DNA from: Octopus vulgaris
Taxonomy: Eukaryota
Direction of reading: 5' to 3'
Assembly: GCA_951406725.2 (NCBI GenBank)
Contig: OX597817.1
Location: 94,426,001 to 94,490,000 of the forward strand
DNA length: 64,000 nucleotides
The position numbers and the translations under genes are program-made. Shown here piece after piece: positions 1-13,686 of this stretch. Position 1 is the first letter of the stretch. The number at the start of each line of letters is the position of its first letter. Under the pieces are notes generated by a model. It saw only the letters and a list, made by a program, of their open reading frames with translations. It was not told the origin of the DNA and made no database searches.

Positions 1-267
1 CATGGTGAATGGCACATCGCACGGCTTTGTAGCACGTAAAGGCTTACTGATCTGGTTTATTGTAAATGCAGTTCGAATATTGATTTATGATCTATAAGAA
101 AAGGATTTTCCTTTCAAGCAGCGACTCAATCATCAATGTCGCACCCTCACTATCTCTCTAGCGTTTCTTTTTCCTTTCTCTTCTCTAAATGTATCACTCT
201 CCTCATTTCTGTCTCCCACCCTAGCAGGATTTCACTTTCCTCCTTACAGTCACGCCCCCATATTATT

Positions 268-381
268 CGTGTATGTGTGTGTGTGTGTGTGCGCGTGTGT
301 GTGCGTGTGCGTGTGTGTATGTGCGTGTGTGTGTGTATGGGTGCGTGTGTGTGTATATATGTATATAAATTTATATGCATT

Positions 382-456
<75 letters not shown>

Positions 457-463
457 GGGGGTA

Positions 464-514
<51 letters not shown>

Positions 515-737
515 GCGTATACAGTGTCAGGCGGAGAGAGATTGATAGATAGATAGTTAAATAGAGAGTTAGATATGCATACAAAGACATACGTGTATGT
601 TAGCAAATATATATGCATATGTAAAAATATATATATGTATATATATCTATCTATATATATATACATCTATATGAGTGTGTATATATGTATATATATTTAC
701 TCACATACATATAAATGTATATGCGTGTATATATATA

Positions 738-788
<51 letters not shown>

Positions 789-790
789 AA
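268..790. repeat. Compound microsatellite field (TG/CA/TA)n
   Basis: Directly visible dinucleotide tracts; they explain the overlapping [12 protein letters not shown] ORFs. Confidence 0.95.
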
Positions 791-1439
791 ATATATACGT
801 ATAACATAAAGCAGGAAGGCATACATTTCACACACTTATACACAACCACTCTCTCACTCACACGCACACGCTCACATAACATGCACACAATCTACGCCCC
901 GCCCCACTACTTAATTTTATATGTCTTAGAGATCATTGAAATTCTATATTGATATTATTGCCTGCTATAAATTCTACTTCTTTGCAGTCCTTCATCTTAT
1001 AGACATCTATTCTCTCTTATTGTACACCACAGTAATGTGTTTAGTCCTTGTTATAAAATAAAAGATGAAGATAATAGATAACTATAGAGTATTTACCTCT
1101 TAATAAATTAGTGGTGATTTAATAGTTTTCATAATAAAACATTATACGGAGACCTGTCCATATACATATAGAAATATAAATCTATAAATATATATTCTGT
1201 TGGTGAGTGTAGTTTTTGTCTGTTACTATGCAGTACCTTGCAAAAGTGGATGCTTCGCATTGCGTTTTTTATAGATAAAACATAGGCCCTCTTGGAGTCA
1301 TTTCCATACCTAATCATTATATTTTGTAGTAGGGGTTCTGAATAAGAGGGGAAGATGGCCGTGTAAAAGTTTTCGGCCACCTCACATAAACCAATCAAGA
1401 TAGAGAGCTTTATAACAGAAAAATGTCTATAATGAAAAT

Positions 1440-2070
1440 TTATTACATAATATTCTTTCCAAGAAGTATTTCGTGTGGCTTCTCTGAGCTTGAATTATTG
1501 CTTCGGCACGCCTGGAAAGAGATGCGTACAAATCCTTCACCATCTTCACAGGAATGAGATGCCATTCTCTTTGGCTGAGCTCTCACAACTCTTCAAGTTT
1601 GCGTGCTTTCTTCTGACAAACTCTTCTCTTTAGTTCTCGATGATATTTAAGGGCTCTAAGCTGACCAATCTTTCAATACGATAATACCTTCACCGCCCAG
1701 ATTCTGTTGTGTTACACGCGATCTGTGGAATGGAGCACCGTCATGCTGAAAAATCTCACCTTCATCCAAGTCTGGTATCAAATTGCCCTTCAGTAATTGG
1801 ATGTATTTGGCACTATTCAAGTTACCGTCAATTTTAAGTATCCCCAAAGCATCAGACTCTTACCACAAGCTTCATTGTTTTCGTCGTGTAACGTCTGTCG
1901 TTTCGCTTTCCTGGAGGGCTTTTGACAAATTCTCGTTTATTAGAAAGTCAACACGGCCAACTGGGCGTATTTTTGGATTCTCTGGGCTTTCCAGTCAAGA
2001 GACGCCCCAACATTATTGTTCACTTCGCCACCTTCGTCCGTCCTCACTTTGAATACCGTTGTCTGCTGCG
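1440..2070 (-). mobile_element. Degenerate Tc1-family transposase remnant
   Basis: ORF 1656..1847(-) reads IDGNLNSAKYIQLL...IFQHDGAPFHRSR...VLKDWSA, matching the Tc1 DDE region (FQxDNAPxH; WP motif decayed). Broken by stops and frameshifts; boundaries approximate and no TIR pair identified. Confidence 0.8.
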
Positions 2071-2498
2071 ATCTCCCTACACGAGAAAGCAAAAATTATA
2101 AAAATTGAAGTATCTCAGTGATCAATCACAAAAAAAAAACTTGACGACATAACAGGTCTTGATCATTGGCATCGGCTCGAGATGCTCAAACTTTATTCTC
2201 TCCAATGCCGTTGTAAACGTTATATCACTTATATGATGCAGAAAAGATTCCACAAAAGAGAAGAAAAAGATCTCATCACATTCAAACAGTTCCTGGATGA
2301 ATATCTCCAACGCAATCCCGATAAATTTCTGCAAACACTTACTCTTTACTTAAATGTGTTATGTTACCCAAAAAATGACTGCAATATGAAACACCATTAA
2401 AAATCTTTTCCAGATGGTACTATTGTGTTAATCAAGGCTTGGGTCAATTCTGACCGAAATTTATCTTAGTATTTATGTATTTTAGTATCTATATATGC

Positions 2499-2579
2499 GT
2501 ATGTATGTATGTATGTATGTATGTATGTATGTATGTATGTATGTATGTATGTATGTATGTATGTATGTATGTATGTATG

Positions 2580-2613
<34 letters not shown>

Positions 2614-2633
2614 TGTATGTATGTATGTATGTA
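2499..2633. repeat. (TATG)n tetranucleotide microsatellite
   Basis: Directly visible. Confidence 0.95.
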
Positions 2634-3599
2634 CGTAAACACACAGGCACGCGTGCACACACACAGATATACACATACACACGTACATGTATATTTATAT
2701 ACCATAAAAGTCAGGAGGTGTGAGAGGTGTCTATATATTTATCTTAATTTGTGACATGTTTAGGATATGCCCGATTTGCGACCTTTTTCCCGTTTTATTA
2801 ATTTTAGTACTAAAGAAAATATGCTTGTATGTTTGCATTAATATGCATGCTCGGCCATGTGCAATACAATTGCATATTCACAAATCAATTAAAAATATAA
2901 AGAGAGCTATCATATCGGATCACCACAACATCATGGTTGCACCAACGATTCAACATCTTAAGGATGTCAAGGTGTTAAATATATATTTTTCGCATACCTT
3001 CTGACATTTTATGGTTTACATACTTGTCATGAAATAATTTCATCGACTGAATCTTCTTGCTTTCAGCTGCATTGACACTCAACATTACACTTCTCTGCAC
3101 TGGAATTACTATGCGGACTGTTAGCTGAGTCTGTGAGAAGAGCTTTCTGCAATAGCCACACAATTCTTATAATCCACATCTAATACTACTGATCTGCCTG
3201 TCTGTCTGTCTGTCTTAGTCTCTCTTTCTCTCTCCCTATATGTACACACACATATATATCTTTTCCCTTACTAAACTTCATGATATTGCTTATAATAAAT
3301 CTTGATTTTTTTTATGACTATAGCAACGAGAATATCTGTCTATTACTTCAGCTCTACCCCTAACAGATACTGCCCTCTGTTCTCTCAACTTTAGATATAT
3401 AAGGGATTTGATAAACTAGTCTATAAATTAAAACTGACCACATAAAAAAAAAATCAGAGGCAGGGAGAGTCTTCTTGATAATTTTAGTAACGTCTATGCT
3501 GAAGTAGAGACAATATGTTCTTTGTCTATCTCCTTAACTTCTTTGAGATTTTAGGTATAATTATACTAATGTGTCCATCTGTTCTAATTTAATTAAATT

Positions 3600-3811
3600 C
3601 TATGTTTTTATGCAGATGAAGATTGCTCTACATTTTAAATTTATGTAATGATTGCATTATTCAATTAAATGGAGTTGCATGAAACGATTGTACTGCATTA
3701 CCTCTGGATATCCTTGTTGCTTATTTTGGTTTTAATCACCTTACTTTGAAATTGTATTGATAATACTGTACTAAATTCTGGTGACTCAACTTATGTACCA
3801 TATTCATCTGA

Positions 3812-3815
<4 letters not shown>
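3600..3815 (+). mobile_element. PLE pseudo-LTR remnant with degenerate hammerhead (same family as 24019-24243)
   Basis: 3660-3815 is clearly similar to 24060-24230. Hammerhead layout: stem I atgcag(3610-15)/ctgcat(3693-98), core ATGAAGA (C3>A), decayed stem II, GAAAC-GATT-GTA. Confidence 0.6.
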
Positions 3816-3869
<54 letters not shown>

Positions 3870-3899
3870 ATCTACATCTATATATATATATATATATAT

Positions 3900-4350
3900 C
3901 TTTCAAGTATCACTCGAAAAGGAGAGTGAGAGTAGGGAGGCAAGTTTTGTCTAGCGAATGTTTCAAAAAAAAGATGGGTGAATGTAGCAAGGATGGCACG
4001 TATGAATGACGAAGCCACCTTGAGCAACATCCTATGAACCCGGAAAATTTAAAACAGAGGGTTACCTACTTGCAAACAAATGTGGTAACATGTAACATTA
4101 TTGACCGAGGTTACCGTGGTCTTTTCCGTAGGCTTTTCTTCCCACGGATAAACCTTATCTGCTTCCCCCTTTACACTTTACATCATGACACTGTGATACA
4201 CGATATCTATTGGTCGTTTCTTTCTTTTTATCTTTTCCTTTTTTGATCGAAAACCTACCCCACCCTTTTTTTTCTCTCCCCCAAAAAGAAAAGCTCTACT
4301 TTGTAATCTGTCCCATCTGTGTGCAGCCCTGTGTGGCTAATAAAGAAACA
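3900..4350 (+). mobile_element. 3' end of an L1/Tx1-like LINE
   Basis: Reading frame KRRVRVGRQVLSSECFKKRWVNVARMARMNDEATLSNIL* resembles a Tx1 ORF2 C-terminus. It is followed by a pyrimidine-rich 3' UTR, AATAAA at 4339-4344 and a (TATC)n tail. Confidence 0.55.
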
Positions 4351-4386
<36 letters not shown>

Positions 4387-4599
4387 CACATATATATATG
4401 TGTGTGTGTGAGTATGTGTGTGTGTGTATGTGTGTATGTGTGTATGTGTATATTTATATATATATATATGTGTATGTATGTGTATATATATATATATATA
4501 TATAAGGTGTATTCCATTAGGAACATAGTCGTGTAGGTTGTCAAACCGTACTCCTTGTTGACTCACCTTTTCAATTATATATATGATATATATGATATA

Positions 4600-4930
4600 T
4601 ATATACCATACGCTTAGCTGTTTCTATTAATTTATATATATATATATATATATATATACATGCATATAAATTAATAGAAACAGCTAAGCGTATGGTATAT
4701 AAGAATTAAGCATATGGCGATCACCGTGCAACGACTAAGGAAAATAGTCTAATAAAGGGGCATATAAGTCCTCGACAGAAAAGAAAGAAGTCTTTCCTAT
4801 CCGCGTGGGAGTCGAACCCACATCCCTTTGTTAACGCTTAGCTGTTTCTATTAATTTATATGTATATATATATATATATATATACACATACATACATACA
4901 TATAAATTAATAGAAACAGCTAAGCGTATG

Positions 4931-4965
<35 letters not shown>

Positions 4966-5127
4966 CATATAAATTAATAGAAACAGCTAAGCGTTAACAC
5001 AGGGATGTGGGTTCGGCTCCCACGCGGATAGGAAAGATTTATTTCTTTTCTATCGAGGACTTATATGCACCTTTATTAGACTATTTTCCTTAGTCGTTGC
5101 ACGGTGATCGCCATATGCTTAATTCCT
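4600..5127. repeat. Nested foldback repeat of a tRNA-fragment-containing element
   Basis: ~160-bp inverted arms at 4703-4864 and 4964-5125; a smaller inverted pair at 4600-4637 and 4664-4701. tRNA T-arm GTGGG-TTCGACT-CCCAC within 4798-4826(-) and a variant within 5002-5030(+). Confidence 0.85.
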
Positions 5128-5139
5128 ATCTAAAATATC

Positions 5140-5610
5140 ATTATTATCGACAAACTTTAGCATCGGGTGCTATCAAGTACCTGCAGAAAAAGGATTTAGC
5201 CCCTAAGGACATTCATGCTGACATGGTTGCTATATTAAGGAATTACATTCAAGTTTCATCAAGAGTACAAAAATGGGCAGCTGAACTTAGGACGGGAAAG
5301 GAAATCTTGAAGATAACTCAACGTTTGGACGTCCTGAAACTGCCATCATTGAGGAAAACATCGATCGTGTTCACTATATGCTGATAGATACAGGTGGTTG
5401 ACTGGTGATTGCCTATAAATCAAATAGCCAATGCTACTAGCATATCCCGTGTGGAAGAGTTGAGACTATTCTGCACAAGCCCTTGCTTTCAGTGGCTGCT
5501 GTACGTGACTGTGACTTTGAAATGGTTGACCAAACTCCCTATTATGCTGATTTGGCCTCAACTGACTATCATCTTTTCCCCAACATGAAAAAACACTTGG
5601 CCAAGAATCC
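5140..5610 (+). mobile_element. Internally deleted mariner transposase remnant
   Basis: GAIKYLQKKDLAPKDIHADMVA...VQKWAAELRTGKE (mariner N-terminal HTH region), then FEMVDQTPYYADLASTDYHLFPNMKKHL (decayed YSPDLAPSD motif). Confidence 0.85.
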
Positions 5611-5644
5611 GCTGTCGATAACTTTTTTGTACGTACGTATGTAA

Positions 5645-5675
<31 letters not shown>

Positions 5676-6836
5676 TGTATGTATGTATGTATGTATGTGT
5701 GTATGTATGTATGTGTGTGCATGTATGTACGTATATACGTACGTACGTATGAATGGATGGATGTTTGTATTTACATACATACTTACGCGTGTGTATGTGT
5801 GTATTTATATAATTGAGTTTTGTGTTTTAACCTAGAAGAGAGTTATAAGATCCTAAAAGTGACGATTTGGATGCATTATTTTTCTTTATTACTTTGATCT
5901 GGAAGATAAGTCAAAGCCCACAATCTTTATAGATTTCCAAAGACTGGTGAGGTTGATGCTGTTAACGTCCATCTACATGAAAACGTAAGTTTCATTGTTT
6001 TTGAGAGTTTCTGCGGAACAACCACATGTGTAGCTAATAATATTTTACGCCCTATTGTCAGTAGTTTACAGACAAAGCAAACATTAAACACAGTACTTCT
6101 TAATAACCGGGAACCAAAGTGTAGAGTACGATGGACAGACTCAAAAATCATTGACGCTTTGCTTTCTAATTATCGTGTGAGTATCGATATAATACAGTAC
6201 TATGGTCAAATGCAATATTGAACAAATTATTCCCTAATCACAGAAACAGATCTATGCGGTCACTCAGCCTCCTTTAGCAGTAACATCACCTTACTGTCTT
6301 TAAAAAAATGGCTAGAAATTTGATCGTAAAACCGTATAAAAACGCCGGAAAAAACCAGAATTGTCATGTGTGGAACGTCTTGGATGATAGGTTTGTTGGA
6401 TCAGGGCTAATCTTTAGAATGACAACAATACCACCAAGAAGCAATAAAGAGCGCCTCCACCCAGAATTTGACTTGTCAGAAATCGCAAACAATTTCCCTC
6501 AAAAGTACGCACTACTCTCTAAAATAAAATAAAACAAGAATACCAAGACTAATGCAGTCCTAAGTATACTCTGCTCTAATGCGGACAAAAATACTGGATA
6601 GCCACGTCCAGACAGCATTCATCATAGATCTACTTGATAAGTTTGACCTTGGACTAAACAACAACGACCATCGATCATGAACGGCAGCATTATACTAATA
6701 AATATATTTAATTCCGTTCTACATGTGTTAAGAAAAGTTAGTATGTCGTGTGCAAAAGAGGAATGTGATATATCAGGTAATGTCCGTTCATCTGAGTTAG
6801 AGAGAGGCCGAAACTTTTGAAGCTCTATGTGTGTGT

Positions 6837-6869
<33 letters not shown>

Positions 6870-6874
<5 letters not shown>

Positions 6875-7165
6875 TTATAAGTATATGAAAAATGGAGTTG
6901 AACGACTAGTTAACAAATATCCTTTATTCTCGACATATGTTTCGAAGGCTGCATATTCCTAATTCCGAAGGAATAAGGAGTACATTATGCAGATTTCTCA
7001 TCAGGAAAATCAAGGAACTTATGTCGACATCAAAATGCACAAAAAACTTTTAGCTGACCGCTCTCAAGGAGCCCATGGCGATGATGAGTGTCTCTTTATA
7101 AGGAGTGACGTCAGAGTGGCTGAATGTAGAAGAATCTAGAAGGTTCTAAAGGTTCAAGGGTTCAA
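6870..7165 (-). mobile_element. Solo PLE pseudo-LTR remnant between (TA)n tracts
   Basis: Contains an intact hammerhead with an overlapping AATAAA; flanked on both sides by (TA)n. Confidence 0.65.
6921..7015 (-). ncRNA. Type I hammerhead ribozyme, intact core, long stem II
   Basis: Minus strand: stem I ccttgattttc/gagaataaagg (10 of 11 pairs), CTGATGA (7004-6998), stem II gaa..ctgcata..tcct.attcc/ggaat.agga.tatgcag..ttc, GAAAC (6943-6939), palindromic stem III ACATATGT, GTC cleavage triplet (6934-6932). Confidence 0.85.
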
Positions 7166-7166
7166 A

Positions 7167-7228
<62 letters not shown>

Positions 7229-7229
7229 T

Positions 7230-7265
<36 letters not shown>

Positions 7266-7660
7266 AACAGACAGACAGACTGTCTGTGTGCTTGTCCGTG
7301 TATGCATGTCTGCACACATAGCCACACTGTGTTTCATTCCCCATTACCGCCAAGAGTACAATTAATCGATATTTCCGATTCATTATTTCCCTCATCTTCC
7401 TTTGCTATAAAATCTCCTAACAACACTTGGGTCTGTATATCAATCATATTCTTCCTTGATTGATATAAATGTCCGCATTTAAAATGGTGCCACCAAGGCC
7501 ATTATAGCTTATTAGTTTTTATACATGGCGGGATTCTGGGAAGTATCCGTTTACCAAATTTCACTGACAATTGATCAGTGAACGTGAGGCTTTAACAGAA
7601 AGCATGATGGATGGACATGCATATGTTTGGGCGGCAACAAACTGTTAAACAAGCTATTAA

Positions 7661-7763
<103 letters not shown>

Positions 7764-8328
7764 TACCTACATGCACAGACACTCTTAGACACATACATAT
7801 GCCTACCTTTACATATATGGGTATGTGCATGTGTGCACGAGTATGTTTTTGTATATCTGTACGCATATCTAAATAAACATATGCACATACACGCAGATGT
7901 ACATACACACACACACAACACACACATTTACATTTATATATATGTATGTGTGTTTGTGCATATCAATAAGTATATCTACACATGCATACACACACACACA
8001 TATACCGAGAGAAAAGAAAAAGGAGGAAGAAGGATAGAGAAAGGGAAAGATACAGGGAAAGAGAGAGAATGAAGGGACCGAGAAGCAGAATGTAACAGAA
8101 ATGATGGCAAATAGCAACCCAATGAAACCATCTGATAGCGTTACTTCTCGTTTTAAAAGCATGCAAAAGAATTTGGATGAAGATAAATTTCTACAAGAGA
8201 AAAGTGCTAACTACTTTAAAATAATACAGGAAATTGAGGATGGAATGATAAAATGAATACATAAATGAATAATATTGTTAGTTGACAAACATACAAGTTC
8301 ACGTAAGAACATTTTTGAATATCCATTA

Positions 8329-8398
<70 letters not shown>

Positions 8399-11300
8399 CC
8401 TATCTGCCTGTCTGTCTGTCTGTCTGTCTGTATATCTATCTATCTATCTATCTATCTATTTATCTATCTATCTATTCATTTGTTTATCTATCTCTTTGTA
8501 TCTATCAATCGATTTGTCTATCTATCAATCTGTCTTTCTGCCTACTATCAATTTATTCTAATCACCTCTACCTGTTTGTATATTTGTATATATTGTCAAC
8601 TTATTCTAATCACTCCTATATGTTTGTCTCTCTCTTTCGATGTGTGTGTGTATGCCCGTGCGCGCGTGCCTGTATACGAGTGTGTGCGTGTGCGTGTGCA
8701 TGTATGTGAAAATATCTACATTTTGCGCGTTTGTAATAGTGCCCCCTCCCACTCATCACTGCTTGACAATTTGAGTTGATTTGTTTATAACCCTGTAACT
8801 TAGCGGTTCACTTGTCTTGACAACGAAAATGGTCCTGATTGTGGAATCAAAGGTGTCTTAAGAATGCAAAATGAAGGAAAGCTACCGTGAGTTTTGTAAC
8901 TCGATCTCTAATATTTTACACTCGTAACGAAATAAAAATCTACGTGCTGTAGTGTAAGTCAAAAGACCCTGGACGTTCTCTTTTGACAACAATGCCGCGG
9001 GACCCCGTTAGAGTCCCTGTCGTTATATGAAGAAATTATTGTGAACATTACGTTGTAAAGGTCCTGTTCTTCAGTTGAAAATGTAAAATAAGTATTTATA
9101 AGTAGTTAAATATATTCGGACATATTTGTGAATAGTCATATTACCTTCTTGAGATTAAATAGCTACTCGTATATGTAAGCATATAAGACACATGTGTGCG
9201 TCTGTGTGCCTGCCTGTGCAACACACACACACACATACGATTTGGTGTATGAGAGTGATAATATGTTGTACATATCATTAGACACACACGCATTCACGCA
9301 CACTCGCACATACACACATATGCACACATGCGCGTGCATAACGGAGTGTGTATGTGCGTGTAGTTTACGTAGTGTCTACATAAAGATAAATATATCACAA
9401 ACTTAAGAAGTAGTGTTTGAAAGAAATCGCAACAATATCATCTGTAGGCTCATCATCTTTGGCATTATTCTCTCTTTATTCTGCATTTGTTCCCCACTCT
9501 TCCTTATCCTCCTCCTCTCCTTCTCATCCTCCCCTCCTCCCTTCTTTCTCCTTCTCCCCTCCCTTCATTCTCTCCTCCTCCGCTTTCTCTGTGTTTATGT
9601 GTATAAATACATATATGCAAGTGTGTTTATGTGTGTATAAATGTATATATGTGCGTGCGTGCGTGTGTGTATACATATATACATATATTCACCATATACC
9701 ATTATAGCTGTTCAATAATATGGTTTTATACGATACATTCTTAATCTCTTTACACCAATTTGCAAATGTATTTGAGAACTGACATCACGGTGTATTGATG
9801 AATCACCAGACTTCATGGAAATATTTCTTTAGTTATCTTCAGAGAATGAGATGATATATGATAGTGAATCAACGTTGATCAGAAGTCAATGGAGATTACC
9901 AATAGGAAAGAGTGTGGGGTCATACAAGGTTATAGTCTGTCGCATATTCAATTCACTATCAAAATGATTATTTGAACTGCTGCTTTAAAATACGGATCTT
10001 GTTTTTTTTCTCCTCATATACACGGTGTCACAAATATTTAGGTTTCTTGAGTCGGTGTGTCGCTTACAAGTTTCTTAAGGAAGTGGAACCATCCAAAAAT
10101 TAGATGACCTGTCTTTAAGTGAATAGAAATCTTACTCTGCTAGCTCTTCAAACCAAACAGTGTAAGGACTCGACAAGTACTGATTTTGTTATTGTCTCCG
10201 AGAACCATATATTTATAAGATATTGTTGAATTTATACTTCTTTATCCTGGCATTAAGAAGAGGGAAATAAATTTATAGAGAGATCGAACCTGGGAGTCTA
10301 AGCATCGACGGCCGAAAACCTACTTACTATCTACTGTATTATTTTAAATAGTTTCAAATTATGACATAGTTTCTCTCTTCGTAACGAGATTATTTTAAGT
10401 TGCTGTTATTGTTGTTCACTCCCTGGTCAATGTTGAACCTGTAGGCCTGCGAACATTGGCATTCCAGCCGCGGCCATATCATCTTCCTATAAGAGTACCA
10501 TATTATCCATTCTTAAAACGGTAGGGGGTGATTAAAAGATACATAGTAGATCTAAGTCTATCTAGTATACTACTGTTTCAAGAGAGCAGAATGTGATTTG
10601 GAAGAGGTTCGGTTACTATTTCCAATAAATCACATGAAGACTTAGAGGTCCTATCGTTTGCTTGCACGCAATAATTAACTGAAGAAATACTCTCACCACC
10701 TAAATTAATCATTTACCTTTCTTCACAAAACTTCATTTTCAGAACTCTGAGGTAGAAAACTAATCTTTACATATAATCAATTTGACAACTGCTAATGTGT
10801 GCGAGCATGCGCGCGCGTGGTTTGGTGCTACCATATTTAATGTTGGCAACTACAAATTATATGGTGGATAAAAAAATATGGCTCATTGAATATTATTGCT
10901 TCGGCAAGCATGGGACATGACAACTGTGCATGTTTCTGCATTATTACAACTTTGTCATTGGAAGCGTAAAGTTTCTCATTCTTGCCACAAAAGAAATGAG
11001 AGACTTAGTAAATGCTAAAAAATGTACACTTGTTGGCAGAGAAGATATTGAATTGTTTCGAAAAAAGATGATGCAGTGATTTCATCAGCGATATATCTTG
11101 TTGAAGTTTTTTAGTCGTCCTTAAATATTTTGGGTCGAAAGATGTCGACGATTCTATCGAGCCACAGATAAAACCTTGTTATGTTTCACAAGAAATAACA
11201 CTCCTAGAATGAGAGACTGCTACATTATCCAGATTGATTTCAGGTTGCAACTAACGAAGCTCACGTTTATTTCCGTAGTGCCCTCACTATTAACTTAAAA

Positions 11301-11445
11301 GGAATCTACAGCTTTCAGCAGTTTCTAGTTTCTAGAGATTATTGAATAATAAGAATTAAAGAACCTGCTGAAGTAATGATCTCTGAATATAATTGTTGTG
11401 TGTTTGCTTACAAACATATCAAAAACATGCTTGCTTACACTAGAG

Positions 11446-11675
11446 CATTAGTTCTCAACTACTTTTTTACCTATGAACTTTTATTTTTATTTTCCTTACT
11501 GAACTCTCATAGCCATTTGATGCTTTAAAAAATCCTATGATATTTTTATGATTAAATATCATTAAGAACTGCATAAAAACTGTTAAAATATTTTGCGCAT
11601 TGTTGAAATATAACCAATTTATTGCTCATAAACTTTAAGAACAAAGGTCATGTGGAGTCCGGTTGAGAGCCATTA
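11446..11675. mobile_element. hAT (Charlie-like) MITE
   Basis: Imperfect TIRs cattagttctcaac / gttgagagccatta; 8-bp TSD cactagag / cactagaa. Confidence 0.7.
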
Positions 11676-11707
11676 CACTAGAACCTGTCTCGAGATATCC
11701 TTTAGTT

Positions 11708-12057
11708 CAGTGATTCTCAACCATTTCTTACCTATCAACTTTCTTGATTCTTTTTTTTACTCTGATGGACTCCCATAGCCATTCAATGTTTACAAACTAG
11801 CTTTATAGACGCTCCTTTGAAAATTCTTATTTTACTTTTCACACATAAACTTGTGGAGATTGAACTATGTTAGAGATATTCCATATTAGAGATAAGCTAT
11901 GTGGAGATTGAACTACGTTAGAAGAAACTTAACTGTTTCTTGCAAAATCTTTTCATGGAGCCTTAAAATACTATAAAGGATTGTCAGTTTACTAGTTTAC
12001 TTGCATGGAACCCCAAAAGCCTTTTATGGACCTTCATTCACTGCTTGAGAACCACTA
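11708..12057. mobile_element. hAT (Charlie-like) MITE, related family
   Basis: TIRs cagtgattctcaa / ttgagaaccacta; imperfect 8-bp TSD ctttagtt / ctttagag. Confidence 0.65.
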
Positions 12058-12521
12058 CTTTAGAGCTTATTGCAACTCTAAATATGTGATTCTGCTAATC
12101 ATTTATTGAAATAAATAAGAAAGAGAGTGATGGGAGCGCTACTGTCAGCTCTCTGTTGACCATATTGTATAAGGAAATGATTTTAATAATGGCAGACACT
12201 TGCAATGATGTTAATGTTTACTGGATAGTTGGTCGGTTAGTGGGTGGTTTGATTAGTTCATTGTTAGATATTATAATAATGGCGGAAGAAACTGCAATAA
12301 ACAGCAATTTTAACCTCAGATGTTGAATAAGTGTTAACATTAAATGTGACATTTAACAGAATATCTACATTTGTTGTCAATATTGCTGGATGTTAATGGA
12401 TGTTCAAAGGAAGCAGAGAGACAGAGAGTTTCGGAGAAATAATAAGAGAGATATAATAAGAGAAAGAAAGAGATGAGGGGCAACAATATTTACATACACG
12501 CGTACATACACACATTGAAAC

Positions 12522-12587
<66 letters not shown>

Positions 12588-12602
12588 ATATATATGCATA
12601 TA

Positions 12603-12663
<61 letters not shown>

Positions 12664-12885
12664 ATCTGTGTGTGTGCGTGATATTTATTACTATTGAAGC
12701 TAAATAAGTGACATACGTGCTCTAATCAACACATGAAACTTTCGACTATTGAGCCATTTATTTAGATTTATAGATAAATTATACGTACATATAGACACAC
12801 ACACAAACACACAAACTCACACTTACATACATACATACATACACACATACATACATATACATATATATATATGTATATATATATG

Positions 12886-12920
<35 letters not shown>

Positions 12921-13061
12921 GTGTATGTGTGTGTTTGTGTGTGTGTGTATCTATGTATGTATATAACATATATACACATGTATGTATGCATATTTATACA
13001 TGTACTAAGAGGGAGAAACAAGAGAAAGGAAGGGAAACAGAGAATGTGCGAGAGAGTGAAA

Positions 13062-13092
<31 letters not shown>

Positions 13093-13434
13093 AAATAATG
13101 TTTTAGAAGGATATTAAAGAATGAAAGAATGAAATAGCAAGCGAATAAAAGAAAATGGAAGAATGCTAGAATATGAAAAAATGATGATGAATTACTGTTA
13201 TGCCCTCTTCTCTTATAATAATGTTTGACATATTTCTGATCTGATTGATCATAAAATGTCAGGTTAATGATTCAGATAGTGTACGTGTATGTGAGTGTGT
13301 GTGTGTGTATGTGTGTATGTGTGTGTGTGTGTTTGTGTGTGTATTATATATTTCAAAGAGAGTATGTAATAGGACGATGTGTGTATGTGCATATATATAT
13401 ATATATATATTTATACACGCACACATTCACACAC

Positions 13435-13489
<55 letters not shown>

Positions 13490-13686
13490 ATATTACATTA
13501 TATAAAAGGGCTTAGTAAAATAAATTACTTTGCCACATACTGAACTCATTAGAAATAGTAGCTAAAAAAACTTTTTTAAAACTATTTCTAATACTTAAAG
13601 AAAATCTCTCTCATATAGTGTTTGCTCAATTCAACCCACGAAAGTATGGGGGTAAAGACATTAAAAAATCAAATGCAAAGGTTATT

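Noticed and set aside
10820-11400. Protein-like stretch (TKEMRDLVNAKKCTLVGREDIELFRKK)
   Set aside because: No sustained ORF or recognisable motif; possibly an old transposase but unsupported.
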